DNA from: Octopus vulgaris
Taxonomy: Eukaryota
Direction of reading: 5' to 3'
Length of the DNA: 64,000 bases
Assembly (NCBI GenBank): GCA_951406725.2
Contig: OX597836.1
Location: 48,360,001-48,424,000, forward strand
In this document: in pieces, positions 25,301 through 38,700 of the stretch
Layout of the letters: each line of letters starts with the position of its first letter
Numbering within the stretch: the first letter of the stretch is position 1
The notes under the pieces: model-generated
What the model saw: the letters and a program-made list of their open reading frames with translations, nothing else
Told to the model about the DNA's origin: nothing
Databases searched by the model: none
Translations under genes and position numbers: made by a program

Positions 25301-28300
25301 CTGCTTCCAAGCAAGTTAAAACCTCCCCACGGCCAGAAAAAACGTTGCTGGTGTAACAGTGATGCTCATTTACAACCATCACATGGTGTCTAAACAAGGG
25401 TATACATAAACACACATGCACACACACTTCCAGTTTCTGTCTACCAAACATATTCATAAGGCTTTGGTTGGCCTGGGGCCATAATAGAAGACACTTGCTC
25501 AAGGGGTTGCACAATGGGACTGAACCCAAAGCTACATGGCTGGGTAGCAAACTTATCAACTACTGAACCATGCCTGTACCCTTGTATCCCAATAGTTGAC
25601 TCTGGTTCCCTAACAAACCCCAGTTACTCATCTACTACTGATTGCAATGGTCAATCATCGTTTTTCATCCATGTGCTATCTACTCCATATTTTGTTGAAG
25701 ACATAACTTCATCCAAGGTTGTCTTGTACATTATATCCTTAAAAACAAAAAATGGCTTTACAGCTTCTCTTAATTGCTTTTATGTTTTTCACCAACATTA
25801 CAACAGGTGATGACTTAGAACCACCTAAAGCACTTTGAATAAAACTTGAATAAAAGCACAGGTGTGGCTATGTGGTAAGTAGCTTGCTTGCCAACCACAT
25901 GGTTCCGGATTCAGTCCCACTGCGTGGCCCCTTGGGCAAGTGTCTTCTACTATAGCCTCGGGCTGACCAAAGCCTTGCGAGTGGATTTGGGAGACAGAAA
26001 CTGAAAGAAGCCCACCATGTATGTGTGTGTGTGAGAGTCTGTCTCCCCACCATCACTTGACAACTGATGCTGGTGTGTTTACGTCCCTGTCACTTAGCGA
26101 TTCGGCAAAAGAGACCGATAAAATAAGTAGTAGGCTTACAAAGAATAAGTCCTGGGGTCGATTTGTTTGACTAAAAGGCGGTGCTCCAGCATGGCCGCAT
26201 TCAAATGACTGAAACAAAAGAATGAAAGTCCCTGCGTTGGGGTTTTAAATGTTTGAATGTGGCTTTTCACAGTTTGTTCGACCCTTTCAGTTGAGTCCTT
26301 TGATGCACGACTGTGAGTGTCCATTGCTTTTAGTGCAACCAGTTGAGGTCCATCATCTGACCGAAAGGCCTGAGACACTCCAAAAACAAGAGAAGACCAC
26401 AGTCAACTTGCTTTTCAATCAGGACAGATAAATACTTCATTCCATGTTGAATATAAATCCACATTAGACTCATAATCTCTCTCTCTCTCTCTTTCTCTGC
26501 CTGCATGTGTGTGTGTGTGTGTTACAAGCTAGTTGTTAAGGGAGTCAGGTTTGGCATAACAGGTATTTCACAGAAGGGGTTGGATCAAAGATGTTATCAC
26601 AATCAGGCAAGGGGAAAACAATGGGATGGGAGGAAAAGGGAATAATTTAAGAAGGGACAAGTATTCGGCGAAGAGGTTCAGAGAAGTGGAGCTCATTAAA
26701 ATAATGCTAGAAAGGAGAAATGAAATAAATTTACAACAAAGTGGTAGAATAATCAACGCTGGAGTGGGAGACATTTTCTTTGACCAAAAATAAATATGTA
26801 TGGGGGGTGGGGGTGGAATGTACTAAATCGGTTGTTTAAACATTAGGATAGAAAATATTCTTACATAGTTAGTGGTTGTCCATTTTCTGGAGATAGAGAA
26901 AAAAAAAAAAAAATTCAGCCATTGTGAATGAGTCATGGCAATATGAAGAATGTGGAACCCCATTGAGGATTGGCTGAGGTGAGTTTAGTTGTGTGCTGTG
27001 AGTGTGTGTCCATGGGTTGTATAGTATCTGCTATGATCTTGGTGGTGTTAGAGAGTATAAGACTGAGATCCCTGTACATTGGCATCCCATGTAGTATCAG
27101 GTGGTAACATGTGGGCACAGTTTAGGACTGACATGCTTTCTATATAAGAGGAGAGGTGAACAATTTGGAATGACTTACCCTAAATAAGAACCAGATGATA
27201 TGAAGCTATATGTTAACGAACGCTCTTGCTCAATCACTTTCCTTGATATGATGCTGGTGAAGCTGGGGTAGTGAAAACCTTAAGAACAAAGGAAAAAGTA
27301 CAGAAATATAAACACACACATATACATACATACAAGCATATATACAAATAACTATATATATATATATATCAACATCATCATCATTTATTTAATGTCATTG
27401 TCCATGCTGGCATGGGTTGGACGGTTTGACCAGGGCTGGTAAACTGAGGGGCTGTCATAGACTCCGGCCTGATTTGGCATGGTTTTCTATGGCTGAATGC
27501 CCTTCCTAAATCAACCACTCCAAGAGTGTAATGGGTGCTTTCACGTGCCACTGGCACAGGTGCCAGTTGCGTGACCCCAGTGTCCGCCATGGCTATGATT
27601 TCACTTGGCTTGATGGGTCTTCTTCTGAAGCATGGCATATTGCCAAAGGTCTCGGTCATTTGTCATTGCCTCCATCAGGCCCAATGCCCGAAACTGATAT
27701 AAACATAAATAAATATATAAACGTATATAGAAACCCATAAACTACAGAAGGTGTATAGAAGGAAGGGTTTTTGAGCAGGTCTCGGTTGTGTGCTCAAGCG
27801 AGTGTCTTTGTGCATGAATATGTTTCATTAAAAATAACCTAGAAAAGTTGGTATAGAAATCAACAAAATTAGATTCTTTATTCATTAACGAAGAGCCAGT
27901 GATGTGATAAGCCCAAAATGTAAATACCAATATCAGTCTCGGCATTTGTTTATCCATCCTTTGTAGAAGATCAGCAGCTGTTTGATTAGTTATCTTTGGC
28001 CGATGCCAGTGCTGCCCGACTGGCACAAAAAACACACCCACTACATTCTCAGAGTGGTTGGCATTAGGAAGGGCATCCAGCTGTAGAAATCTTGCCAAAT
28101 CAGATTGGAGCCTGGTTCAGCCTCCCGACCTGCCAGTCTTCAGTCAAACCATCCAACCCATGCCAGCATGGAAAGCGGACGTTAAACAATGATGACGATG
28201 ATGATGGTATAGTAGTAATCACAGGGTAGTCATATATTAGTAATTATAGGTTATATACTATTATATACTAGTAATGATGGATCAGTCTATGTAAAACATG

Positions 28301-31300
28301 GAATATTGCTAATGAAGAGCCACATTGTCATAGCAAGACTCAGACTATATTTCAGTGATTTCATTTTATGGCATGTCTGCTTTGAGATTGTAGCATAAAT
28401 ATCTCTAGAGAAGACATAGAACACCTCCAGGTAGGCAGGTATGGCAGCTAAGATTTCTAATGGTAGCGGGGTGGGGTGGGGGTGGGGAGTCAGCAGTGAC
28501 CTTAGTGAAATTGCTACAATTTAGAACTTGAATCAGACAAGAGACCAAGTGATTCAGCAGTTCAATGGGAAGTGTAGAGCTCTCAACTGTAGTTGCTATT
28601 TAAGAACATGAGTCATATTCAGCAAACTAATAAAAAAATAATAATAAAGAAAGGTCAATTTTACAGTAGCTTGAGTCTGTTGAAGGAGCTTGTAAGAATG
28701 ACTGCTTAATTCCAGTAGTTCATGGAATCAAGTAGAAAAGATTATTTCCAGTAACAATCCCAAATTTGCTGGCAGCAGCTAAGTGAACTGAGGTGAATAA
28801 AATTAAATGGACAACCAAAATAGACGGAGAGATTGCTCTGAGCTGAAGAGTTGTCAATCGGTCAGCTGAGTGATATCTTGCCTCTTCTTTGATTCAATAC
28901 TTTGACAGGATTATTAGCTCAAAATACATGAATTATTGATGGATAAAGAGAAAAAATTCAAACAACAGTTATAATAAGATAGGAAATATTCTTACCTTGA
29001 AAGATTCCCAATAAAACCCGTGATAAGACTAAAATATTAAGTGTGACTTGTTTATCTTTACTGATATATACAAGTTGTGGGGTCCAAAATGTTATTATTG
29101 ACCAAAATGCTGCAGCCATGGGCACAACAATCTCACCGCCAACTCTGTCACTGAGATAACCTCCAATGAACTGGGTCATGGTATAACCCCAGAAAAAGGA
29201 GGATAAAACTGTTCCCTGAAAAGAATTACAAAAGAAACCATGAAAATAAAACATAATATTGTATGTTATTGAGGATTATAACAATGTCATCGATTTTGCT
29301 ACAAAATCTATTTTCAGTGAAGAAGAGAGGGTGATGGTGGTGGTGGTGGTGGTGGCCAAACTGACCAGGATGATACAACTGGTGTTTTAGCTCGAATGCT
29401 TGCAAATTGATGATGAAGGCAGGGACCATGTAAACTTAGAGGAAGTTGGAAAGAATTATGGTTGTGGAAAGGAGTTTAGTTTGGAAAAGAGGAAGAAAGG
29501 GATGAGCATCAAGTGATACATTATTAGAGAGGTCAAGAGACAGAGGTCAAGAGGTCAAGAGAGAGTATGCAGAATGTAGGTCAAGCAACTGTTCTTTTGT
29601 TCTTTCAAAGTCTGATATTTATTCTATTGGTCATTTAACCAAGAAGCTAAGTTACAGGGGACATAAACAAACCAACATCAGTTTTCCAGAGATGTAAAAC
29701 AATTACAAAGATACACACCCACACACAAATACATCCTGATGTCACGGTGTCAGCCAGACCATTGGATCTCACTATACACCACTCGTCACAATGTACTTCA
29801 CATTATTTTAGCTTTTGGTGATGCCACTCCGCTTGATGGGCAGGCCAACATTCCCACTGAACAGAAGGCCACCGATCCATGGTAGGGTGTCCCATTGACA
29901 GCCGAGTGGACTGGAGCAGTGTGAAATGAAGTGCTTTGCCCAAGAATACAATGCACTGCCAGGTCTGGGGATTGAAACAATGATCTCGTGGTCATCAGTT
30001 CAACACCCTAACCACTAACCCCCATACCTTTGCACACACACACACACACACACGGTACAGACAGGGTTGTGTGGTCAAGAAGTTTGCTCTTTTGCAAACC
30101 ACATAGTTTTGAGTTCCGTCCCACTGCACAACACTTTGCTCAAGTGTCTCCTACTGTAACTTCCAATGGGACCAATACCTTGTAAATGAATTTAGTATAT
30201 CTAAATAGTTCAGTTCATTAGGGACCCAGATTCCAAAACCATTGCAAAGCCATAAAGTGGGTCCTTTATGAACTGAAGCTTTTAATAAACATCGTACTGG
30301 ACCAAAGTGCATCAAAGGAAATCTTTCATGTAAGATTATATCTAATATATTAAGTCATAAAAGGTATCATATTTAAACTAGGGGGACATAAAAGGGAAAA
30401 CTGATAAGGTGATATCTGTAGGATTAAATATTCATAAATATCGACACCAGCGATTCTCAACTGGGGTTCCTTATGATCCTTGCAGGTCCACAGAAGATTT
30501 TGTTGTTAAAATTTATCTCCAATAAATTGCTTATAATTCTGAAAAACACTAAATATTTTAACAAATTTTTAATACAATTTCTAATAATATTTAATTATCA
30601 AAATATGACAGGAATTTTTTAATCATCAAATGGCTATGGAAGCCCAGTAGGGTGAAATAGGAACCAAAGGGTTCCACCGGAAAAAACGGTTGAGTACCAC
30701 TGCTCTGTAGCCTGTCCCTTCAGATTTTAAATGTTCTGTATTATGTACAAGTCACACTATCTTATATTGGATTTTAACTGAAAAAACTGGGGTGCAACTT
30801 ATACACGAGGTAAAGCTAAAACTATGAAAGTAAAAAGATTTTGTACCAAGATTTAACACTAAATTAGGAGCGAGGTGCAGTTATACACGTATGAATATGG
30901 TACTATGCATACAATAGACATTTTCTCTGAACAGACTTGAGTCCATCATAGAATTAAGTAATCCATTATGATTGGGACCAGACACACTATTGGAATACTA
31001 TAAAATAATTTCTACAGTGTTAACACAAAACTACCTTTCATTCTTACTCTCTCCTCTTCTCCCCTTTTGTCACCATTCAACTATGGTTGTAGTTGAATAA
31101 TATTCTTAAGGCCACAATTTACTCACAAGCAGCATCTTCAGAGCTAGCTTTGTCACTAATTCAATTCTTAACCAAATTGAAAACTTAACGTTTTTGAAGA
31201 GGATTGGTCCTTAGCTACATTTTGGCATTAAAAAATTGAGATTTGTTCCAACAACACCAAAGTTTGTATCAAAATTTGTAGCGATGTTATAGGAGAGTAA

Positions 31301-34300
31301 ATAACACCACCAATCAAGTTTAGATCTAAATAACTTTTTTTTAATTTTAAAAGCAAAATATATTTATCTTGGCTTCAATGCTAGAAGAAAGCATGAAGAA
31401 TTTCATAGTTTTGGTCTCATGCAACAAAAATTTGTATAAAAAAAGTTGAGGTAAAATATGAAAAAAATATAAAGGCAAAACATTAGATTTAAGTATAATT
31501 AACTTTTTTATTTTAAAAACAAACTATATTTTAATTAAGCTTAAATGATAGAGCTCAATTCGAGGAGTTTCATGGTATCAGTCTCATGCAATGAAGTTTT
31601 AAAAGAAAAAAGTTATGAGTGTTTGTTTCTCAAATTTGAGGGTGATAATATAGTTCTATACTTTTTTATGAATATAGGTCTATAAGGGGACCTTTAATAT
31701 ATGTCACTGGCATCATTGAGGTGAGGAAAAAATTGTCGACACCACTAATGTGCAATTAGTTTAATTACACCATCTGTATTAATTATTGCAATTATAACAT
31801 GTAAACACAGTCCTGTAATATCTGAGACAAGAAAGAAGTTTTAAAAGAAAAAAAGTTAGGAGTGTTTGTGTCTCAAACTTGAAGGTGATAATATAGTTCT
31901 ATACCTTTTTATGAATATAGGTCTATAAGGGGACTTTTAATAGCCATGAGGAAGAAAATGGGGGACTTGTTTCGGGTTCTGCATCTGCTGACATCAATAT
32001 ATGTCACTGGTATCATTGAGGTAATTTTCAATAAGGTAAAATCTTAAATTATTAATTAGCATAATAGCATAACCTGGAAAAAAACATGGATTTTACTGTG
32101 AATTTGTTGTTATAGGTAGATTATATTGTAATATATAACTAATTTTTGTATCATTCTATTTATTGTACTAATTATGTACTACTATTATTTTTTATAACCT
32201 ATTTTCAAATTTCTAATAATTAATTAATAATTTAAAAAATGTTTTTAAAGTGCAAAAAATATTTTGAGTAATTTTAATTTTTAATAGAAGTAACAAGTAA
32301 TAACAAATAGAAGTAATAACTTGTAAAAATTTTTTAGTTTTAATAAAAGCTAATATTTTCTAAATCTAAATATTTTATTAAAAATTTTATCCTTAGCTGC
32401 AAAAGTAAAAATGTTCTTGTCCTGTACTTTTCCAGGTTTATAATCTTAAGAATATTATTTCTCTTACATGTGTAAGTGGACCCCATGCATACCGGGTCCT
32501 TTCCACCCAGACTTCCTGACTAAGGGAAATAACTCTGGAAGCCTTCATCCAACTGATTTTTAGGAAAATTTCAGTCAATAACTAACATCGAAATTAAACG
32601 ATACTGAAAAATTTATACTTACTGATTCGGTTTTATTCCATTTGAACTCTTTGGCCAATGATACGACACACAGTGGCATTACAGTACGGCAGGCGTATAA
32701 CATGGCACCCCCACAAAACAGCCCACAGCCCCATTGGCGTTTCTCTTGTCTGTCAAAACAAAACAAAACAAAACAAAAAATAAATTTAAGGAGAGTGAGA
32801 GAATGTATGTATACACACACACTCACCCACCATATATTATATACATATTTCTTTATATATACCACTATTATTATTTAACATCCACTTAAATATGCTTGTA
32901 AGAGTCAAACGCAGATTTTCTACAACCAAATGCCTTTCCTGTCTCTAACCTTCACCTGGCCCCAAGTAAGGTAATATTTCCCCACGGCCAGACATGCTTG
33001 TGCAGAATATTGGAAATGAGTGACACTGCTTACACAACAGGGACATTCATGTCAAGACAGGGGGGTCACAAACATACATATATATGAACACACACATGAT
33101 GGACTTCTTTCAGTTTCTGTCTACCAAATTCAGTAACAAAGCTTTGGTCTGTTTGAGTCTTGTAACGATAAAAATTTGTTGTTGTAATTGCATGTTGTAG
33201 GATGTGAAAGATGGACAATGCATGAAGTTTTAAGGAAATATATATTTACCGTTACGTTACAAATACCTTGCCTCGACGGGTAGGTTATGATAAATCCAAA
33301 AGCATGCAAAGTAAAGTTTGTGTTTGTGTCCTCTTCATTGTTTAGTAGTTATTGCAGAGAGAGATAGAATGATGTTGTAAGAGAACAGAATTAGAGCTAG
33401 TGAGAGTTGTAGGGTGTGGGACGTTGTCTCTCAGTTGCTGATAATAAACTTCATTTCTCCTTCTGACCAAGGTTCTAGCTGGTCAGGCAGACTTCGTTGT
33501 CACCAAAGTGACTAACTGGTTGAGTCGTCACCATGTGACTGGGCTCGTTGAGTCATCACCAATTGATTTTTGCTTCGGGTGTTTAGAAGGTTAGATATAT
33601 CATTGAGAACAATAGATTTAGTTGGTTATCTTGTTATCTCTATTCTAGCTTTTGGTGAAGTAGAAGAGGTTAGAAAGGCGAAGAGGTGAAGACATTATTT
33701 CTTGTAATGATGTGGCTTGGGGTTCACTCCCAATGCATGGCACCATGGCCAAGTATCTTCTCCTATAATTCTGGGCCAACCAAAGCCTTGTAAGTGGATT
33801 TGCTAGATGGAAACTGAAAGAAGCCTGTGATGTGCGTGTGTGTGTGTGTGTATGTATATATGTATGTGTATGTGCATGTGTGTGTTGCTGAGTGCTAGTT
33901 GTAAATGGGTGTCAATGTTATATGAGTGATGTCCTTCGTTTGCAATCTTCTGTGAGGCCATTCCTGGTTATTCTGTTGTTTGTGTTCAAGAGACAAAATG
34001 AAATATTACCTTATTTGAAAACAGATGAATGTTGGCAACAGAAAGAGCATCCAGTCACAGAAACTCTGCCTCAGTGTGACCCATGCAAGCATGAGAAAAT
34101 GGATGTTAAAACAATGATAATGATGAAAGCTACAAGAGTGTCCCCACTTCACACATCAAAAGGTGGAGGAGCTGCTCACACCTAAACATTACAGATTGAC
34201 TTTAAAGAAAGGAAACCCATACCCACCCACAAGAATGTGGCGCATCCTTCCTACCTTGTTTCCTCCTCCTTCTGCAGCAGTTGCTGCTCCCCTCAACTAG

Positions 34301-35702
34301 CTGCATCACACCACCACAACCTAAACTCACCTTTCTCAATAATACCAGTAATTTATGTAACGCCAAATCTACAAGAAGTCTGTTTACTGACATCACACAG
34401 TAGTTGTGTTGTTTTTGTTTTTGAGAACTTCAGTGACAGTAAAGTTGTTATCCTCAAAACAAGCAAATTCTTCAACAACTGCTGGAATGAGAATCTTCCA
34501 GCAAAGTTATCTGCCAATGGTAGACATTCGCTCACCAGTTGACTACAACCATTAACGAATAAATGCAGTTCTCCTCTCTGTCTTCTCTTGTATTGTTACG
34601 ACAGGTGAAATTCTGCTATAATCAAACTGATCAAATATAATAAAAAATTGTTACAACGAGATCACCAAAACCAAATCTTGATCTTTGTGCTACAAATATG
34701 CAAACTTCAATAGTTGAATGGTCAGTGTTGGGTCACTCATATCACAGCTAAATCTCTCAGTGACACATTAATTCCCTCCATTTATCTAGTTTTTCCCTGT
34801 GGCTAAGGAGAAACACATCAATGATTGCAAACACATTTCCCTCTAATAACTTTCTGCATTGTTTTATTCCCTCCGCCCCACTTCAGATACAATAAATTGT
34901 ATTTATAAGGGGTCAAGTGTAGTTGTGTGGTTGAGAAGCTTGTGGGCTTGGGTTCAGTCCCTCTGCATGGCATCTTGGGCAAGCGCCTTCAGCTACATCT
35001 CTGGGGAGACCAAAGCCTTGAGAGTCAATCTGGCTGACAGAAACTGAAAGAAGCCCATTGTGTGTGTGTTTGTATAGCCTATGTCTCGACATCAAGTGAT
35101 GGTTGTATGACAGCATCACTGTCATACAAGTAAGTGATGGTTGTTTGTTTCCAGGTTTTCATGAAAAAACATGTCTGACCATGAGGCAATATTACCTTGC
35201 TTGGAAACAGGTGAGAGTAAGTAACAAAATCCGTCTGACCCATGCAAGCATGACAATGTGGCTGTTAAACAATGATGATGATGATGATGACAGTTAATCC
35301 CTTTAATACTTAATAATGATAACCTCATTTTGATATTTTCTACTAACAATTCTAGATGTAAAGAAAAAGAACTTTTTCCATTCTAAACCATGTCTTTGGG
35401 TGAATAAGAATGATTCCTAACACAATTCCCCACTGAATCAAGTTCACATAACCGTTAATTAGGTAAACTTGTTCGTTACCATAATTACACATTATTATGA
35501 CTCATTTACAGTCATTAAATGTCAAATTAATAAAATGTATAACCAACTTTTATTCTTAATTTCCTCAAAAATGTGTTCATATTTGTTATAACAAAAGAAA
35601 CGTATTTAATACTAAGGAAAATGTTTAGAAAAAATTATTTAAAAATAGAAATGAATGTTAGTGTGACAACGGCTGGAAATATATAACTAAGAAAACTTAT
35701 AT

Positions 35703-35787
<85 letters not shown>

Positions 35788-38700
35788 TTTAAACACATCA
35801 AATGTGTCACTTGAGTGGTTTCTTGTCTAAACAAACAGATAAACAGACAGATCAGTTCAGATCAGAGACAGCAACAAGCAGATGACTCACAAGCTGGCAC
35901 AGAGGGGATGGTTTGATGGTTAAAGAATGGGTTTTGAAAAACAAGTCTACAGGTAATATTATGTTACAGAAAACATTTATCTAAAACTAAAATAAAGGTA
36001 AATGACTTTCCAGTAAGAGGATTAGAAAAGAAATTAAGCATTTCCAAAAGCTGGACTTTAAAATTTCATCATTGATATCAATAGAAGGGCAGGGAGCTGG
36101 CAGAATCGTTAGCATGCCGGGCGAAATGCTTAGCAGTATTTCTGCTGCTACGTTCCGAGTTCAAATTCCACTGAGGTTGACTTTGCCTTTCATCCTTTTG
36201 GGGTCAATTAAATAAGTACCAGTTATGCACTGGGCTCGATGTGATCGATTTAATCCCTTTGTCTGTCCTTGTTTGTCCCCTCTATGTTTAGCCCCCTGTG
36301 GACAATAAAGAAATAGACATCAATACTCATATTTTGCAAGAAATACAAATAGAGGCCCCTAATTGTGGATCTCTGATTAACTTAACTGAAACAGTTACAA
36401 ATCAAAACAATTATTCAAATGTGAACATCATCATCACAATCATCATCGTTTGGTTTGACTGAAACTGGTAAGCCGGAGAGCTGCACCAGGTTCCAGTCTG
36501 ATTTGGGATGGTTTCTATGGCTGGATGCCCTTCCTAACGCCAACCACTTTACAGAGTGTAACGGGTGCTTTTTAGGTGCCACCAACACGGGTGCCATTTG
36601 CATGACACCAGCCACGACTATGGTTTCACTCACCTTGACAAGTTTTCTCTTGCATCGCATCTCGCCAAAGAACTTGTTCACTGTTGCTGGAAATTAAATG
36701 CAACAGTATAGGGGAGTATAATGGTTTCAAATGTTGGCACAATAATTTGTGTGTGGGGGGTGTAAGTCGATAACATCAACCCCAGTATGCAACTGGTACT
36801 TATTTTATTGATCCTGAAAGGATGAAAGGCAAAGTCAACCTCATAATGTAAAGATGGATGAAATACTTTTGTCTGGCATGCTAATGGTGTACAGGGCAGT
36901 CATTATTCCAACCCTCCTTTACGCATCCGAAACCTGGACCCCGTATAGTCACCACCTGAAAACGCTCGAGAAATTTCACCAACGCTGTCTTCGGAAGATC
37001 CTTAACATCAGCTGGGAAGACAGAAGAACTAATGTCAGCGTGCTACAAGAAGCAAAAATGACCAGCATTGAAGCCTATGTCATCAAAGGCCAACTAAGAT
37101 GGAGTGGCCACGTGGTTAGAATGACTGATGAACGACTTCCCAAACAGATCTTCTACTCCCAACTCAAAGACGGCAAGCGTACAAAAGGAGGCCAGAAGAA
37201 ACGCTACAAGGACTCCCTGAAATCGAACCTCAAAAAGTGTGACATTGACTTCACCAACTGGGAGGAAACGGCAAAAAACAGACCACTCTGGAAAACCACC
37301 ATCCATGAGGGAACGGTGACTTTCGAGTCAAAAAGGTCTGCAGAGCTGGAGGAGAAAAGACGACGATGGAAGGAGCGCCAACAACAACCACGTGCGACTC
37401 TCCCTTCCAGCACTAGATGTCCGCATTGCGACCGATCTTTTCAAGCAAGAATTGGTCTTATCGGTCACCTGCGGACTCACCAGTAAATTTGCGCGAAGAC
37501 CATCATCTTGAGGGATTGCCATCATCAATGGTTCTGCCAGCTTTCTGCTCCCTGGTGGCAACATATTGAGGTATATCAGTCGACGTATAATGAAAGAAGT
37601 TTGTTGATGTTTTTTTAGAGGAAGTGTGGGAGAGAAAGAGAAAGACTGGGAAATGAACAGGTAAATTAAAAACATTACCTGGCAACAAAGAAAAACAACT
37701 AAAGAGGTGACTTCACACTGTATGTGAAGAGCTGTATTCCTCAAATTAATCAACCTGTTGCCATGGCAATCAAGACATTGTGCTAGTTATGTGGTTATCA
37801 TCTCAGGTTAGCTTTGAAGGTTGATAAAGGTCCAAAACATATCGAATCTTTAGAGCAATGGATAAAAAGTCTTCCTGGGTTTACTTCTGTCTCAATCTGA
37901 TGTGATTTGGAATTTCTCTAGAGTCACCTTACTCTTATCAGTCAACCACATGGTCCTCTACTTGACCTTGTAGATATAACAGCCAAATCTCCTCAAATCA
38001 CACTACTAGCTTTAACAATAAAGGCACAATAGATAATATAGACATACAAAAAGATGGGATGGTCATAGCTAGAAAGCCTCTGATCACAGTTCTACACATA
38101 GGTCTACTTAAAGCTCATCTTAGGGTCAACATGATGTTACAGAATATAGAGGAAAGGAAACTGAATGAAGAATGTACAGCATATCATCCTCCTCTTCATC
38201 ACCATCATTGCTTTAATGATGCTGATGCATGGGTCAGACTGGACTCAGTGAGGCAGGTTTTCTACAGCTGGATGCTCTTCCTGTTGCCAACCCTGACCCA
38301 TTTGCAAGCAGTCCAGACAGCTTTTTCATGGAAGACTGCACCAAAAAATTATTTCTATGATGGTGTTGTCTATTTACAACTGTCATCTGATGTCAAGACA
38401 CAAACACACACAAATCCACAAAACATTTCAATATAAATTGAAAATACTTGCACAAGGGGCCACACAGTGGGACTGAATCAAAACCTTTGTAACCCACAGG
38501 GCTGCAAAACAAACTCCTTTCGCTACACAGTTTCTTTTATTTGTTTCAGTCATTTGACTGCGGCCATGCTGGAGCACTGCCTTTAGTTGAGCAAATTGAC
38601 CCCAAGACTTATTCTTTGTAAGCCTAGTACTTATTCTATTGGTCTGGTCTCTCTTGCCGAACCGTAAGTGACAAGGACATAAACACACCAGCATCGGTTG

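Noticed and set aside
33490-33570. CRISPR-like look of spaced palindromic repeats (also 53161-53236)
   Set aside because: Eukaryotic context, only three units, no unique spacers of proper length and no cas genes.
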